Source: Toensbergia leucococca
Taxonomy: Eukaryota
Reading direction: 5' to 3'
NCBI GenBank assembly: GCA_022813965.1
Contig: JALDZS010000050.1
Span: forward strand, 1 to 64,000
DNA length: 64,000 nt
The notes beneath the pieces are model-generated. The model had not been told where the DNA came from. It made no database searches and saw nothing but the letters and a program-made list of their open reading frames with translations. Made by a program: the position numbers and the translations under genes. Numbering within the stretch: the stretch's first letter is position 1; each line of letters opens with the position of its first letter. This document shows, piece after piece, positions 63,722-64,000 of this stretch.

Positions 63722-64000
63722 AGGGGATTTGGGTAGTGGAGAAAAAGGGATGATGAAGGAGGGGTTTTGGTAGATAGTGGACGATATCATATGTACAGAA
63801 GCGGACACAAAAAAGCTGGATACTTGGAACTTTGATTATTGAAATGAGCCTTCTATCTCTGTACCCGTGTTTCGTTTTGATATTGAACTTGCATGAGTGA
63901 TGGGATTCCTGACGCACGCTAGGTTAAGGTTTTTGTGAAATCAGGACCCATGAATCCTTCATCTGACGGGTTTAAAGTATAAGAAAAGCATAGGTGTCAG

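Overview
Gene-dense, intron-rich region of a filamentous ascomycete (Pezizomycotina; a lichen-forming lineage is only a guess). About 27 protein-coding loci are recognisable. Core genes: GUT2-type glycerol-3-phosphate dehydrogenase, ribonucleotide reductase large subunit (RNR1), a probably 5'-truncated Mediator subunit Med5, NADP-glutamate dehydrogenase and an SCP-x-type thiolase. Accessory genes: DUF1275 membrane protein, NirA-like Zn2Cys6 factor, FAD monooxygenase, 2OG-Fe(II) dioxygenase, two aldo-keto reductases, HOL1-like MFS, a PTH11-like receptor, amidase, arylamine N-acetyltransferase, and intronless F-box-like paralogue pairs, several of them disrupted. Most notable: (1) a single ORF fusing a PTH11-like 7-TM receptor domain to a FucP/GGP-type MFS sugar transporter; (2) a recurring, orientation-independent architecture of G/T-rich flank, CpG-free AT-rich core and C/A-rich flank that invades and disables neighbouring genes; (3) a structured element with Pol III A/B boxes and an oligo-T tail; (4) a phage-like T5orf172/GIY-YIG gene; (5) long structured introns. 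No intact transposon, rRNA, canonical tRNA, CRISPR array or PKS/NRPS was seen. Exon boundaries were inferred by eye, and family assignments come from remembered motifs, not database searches.
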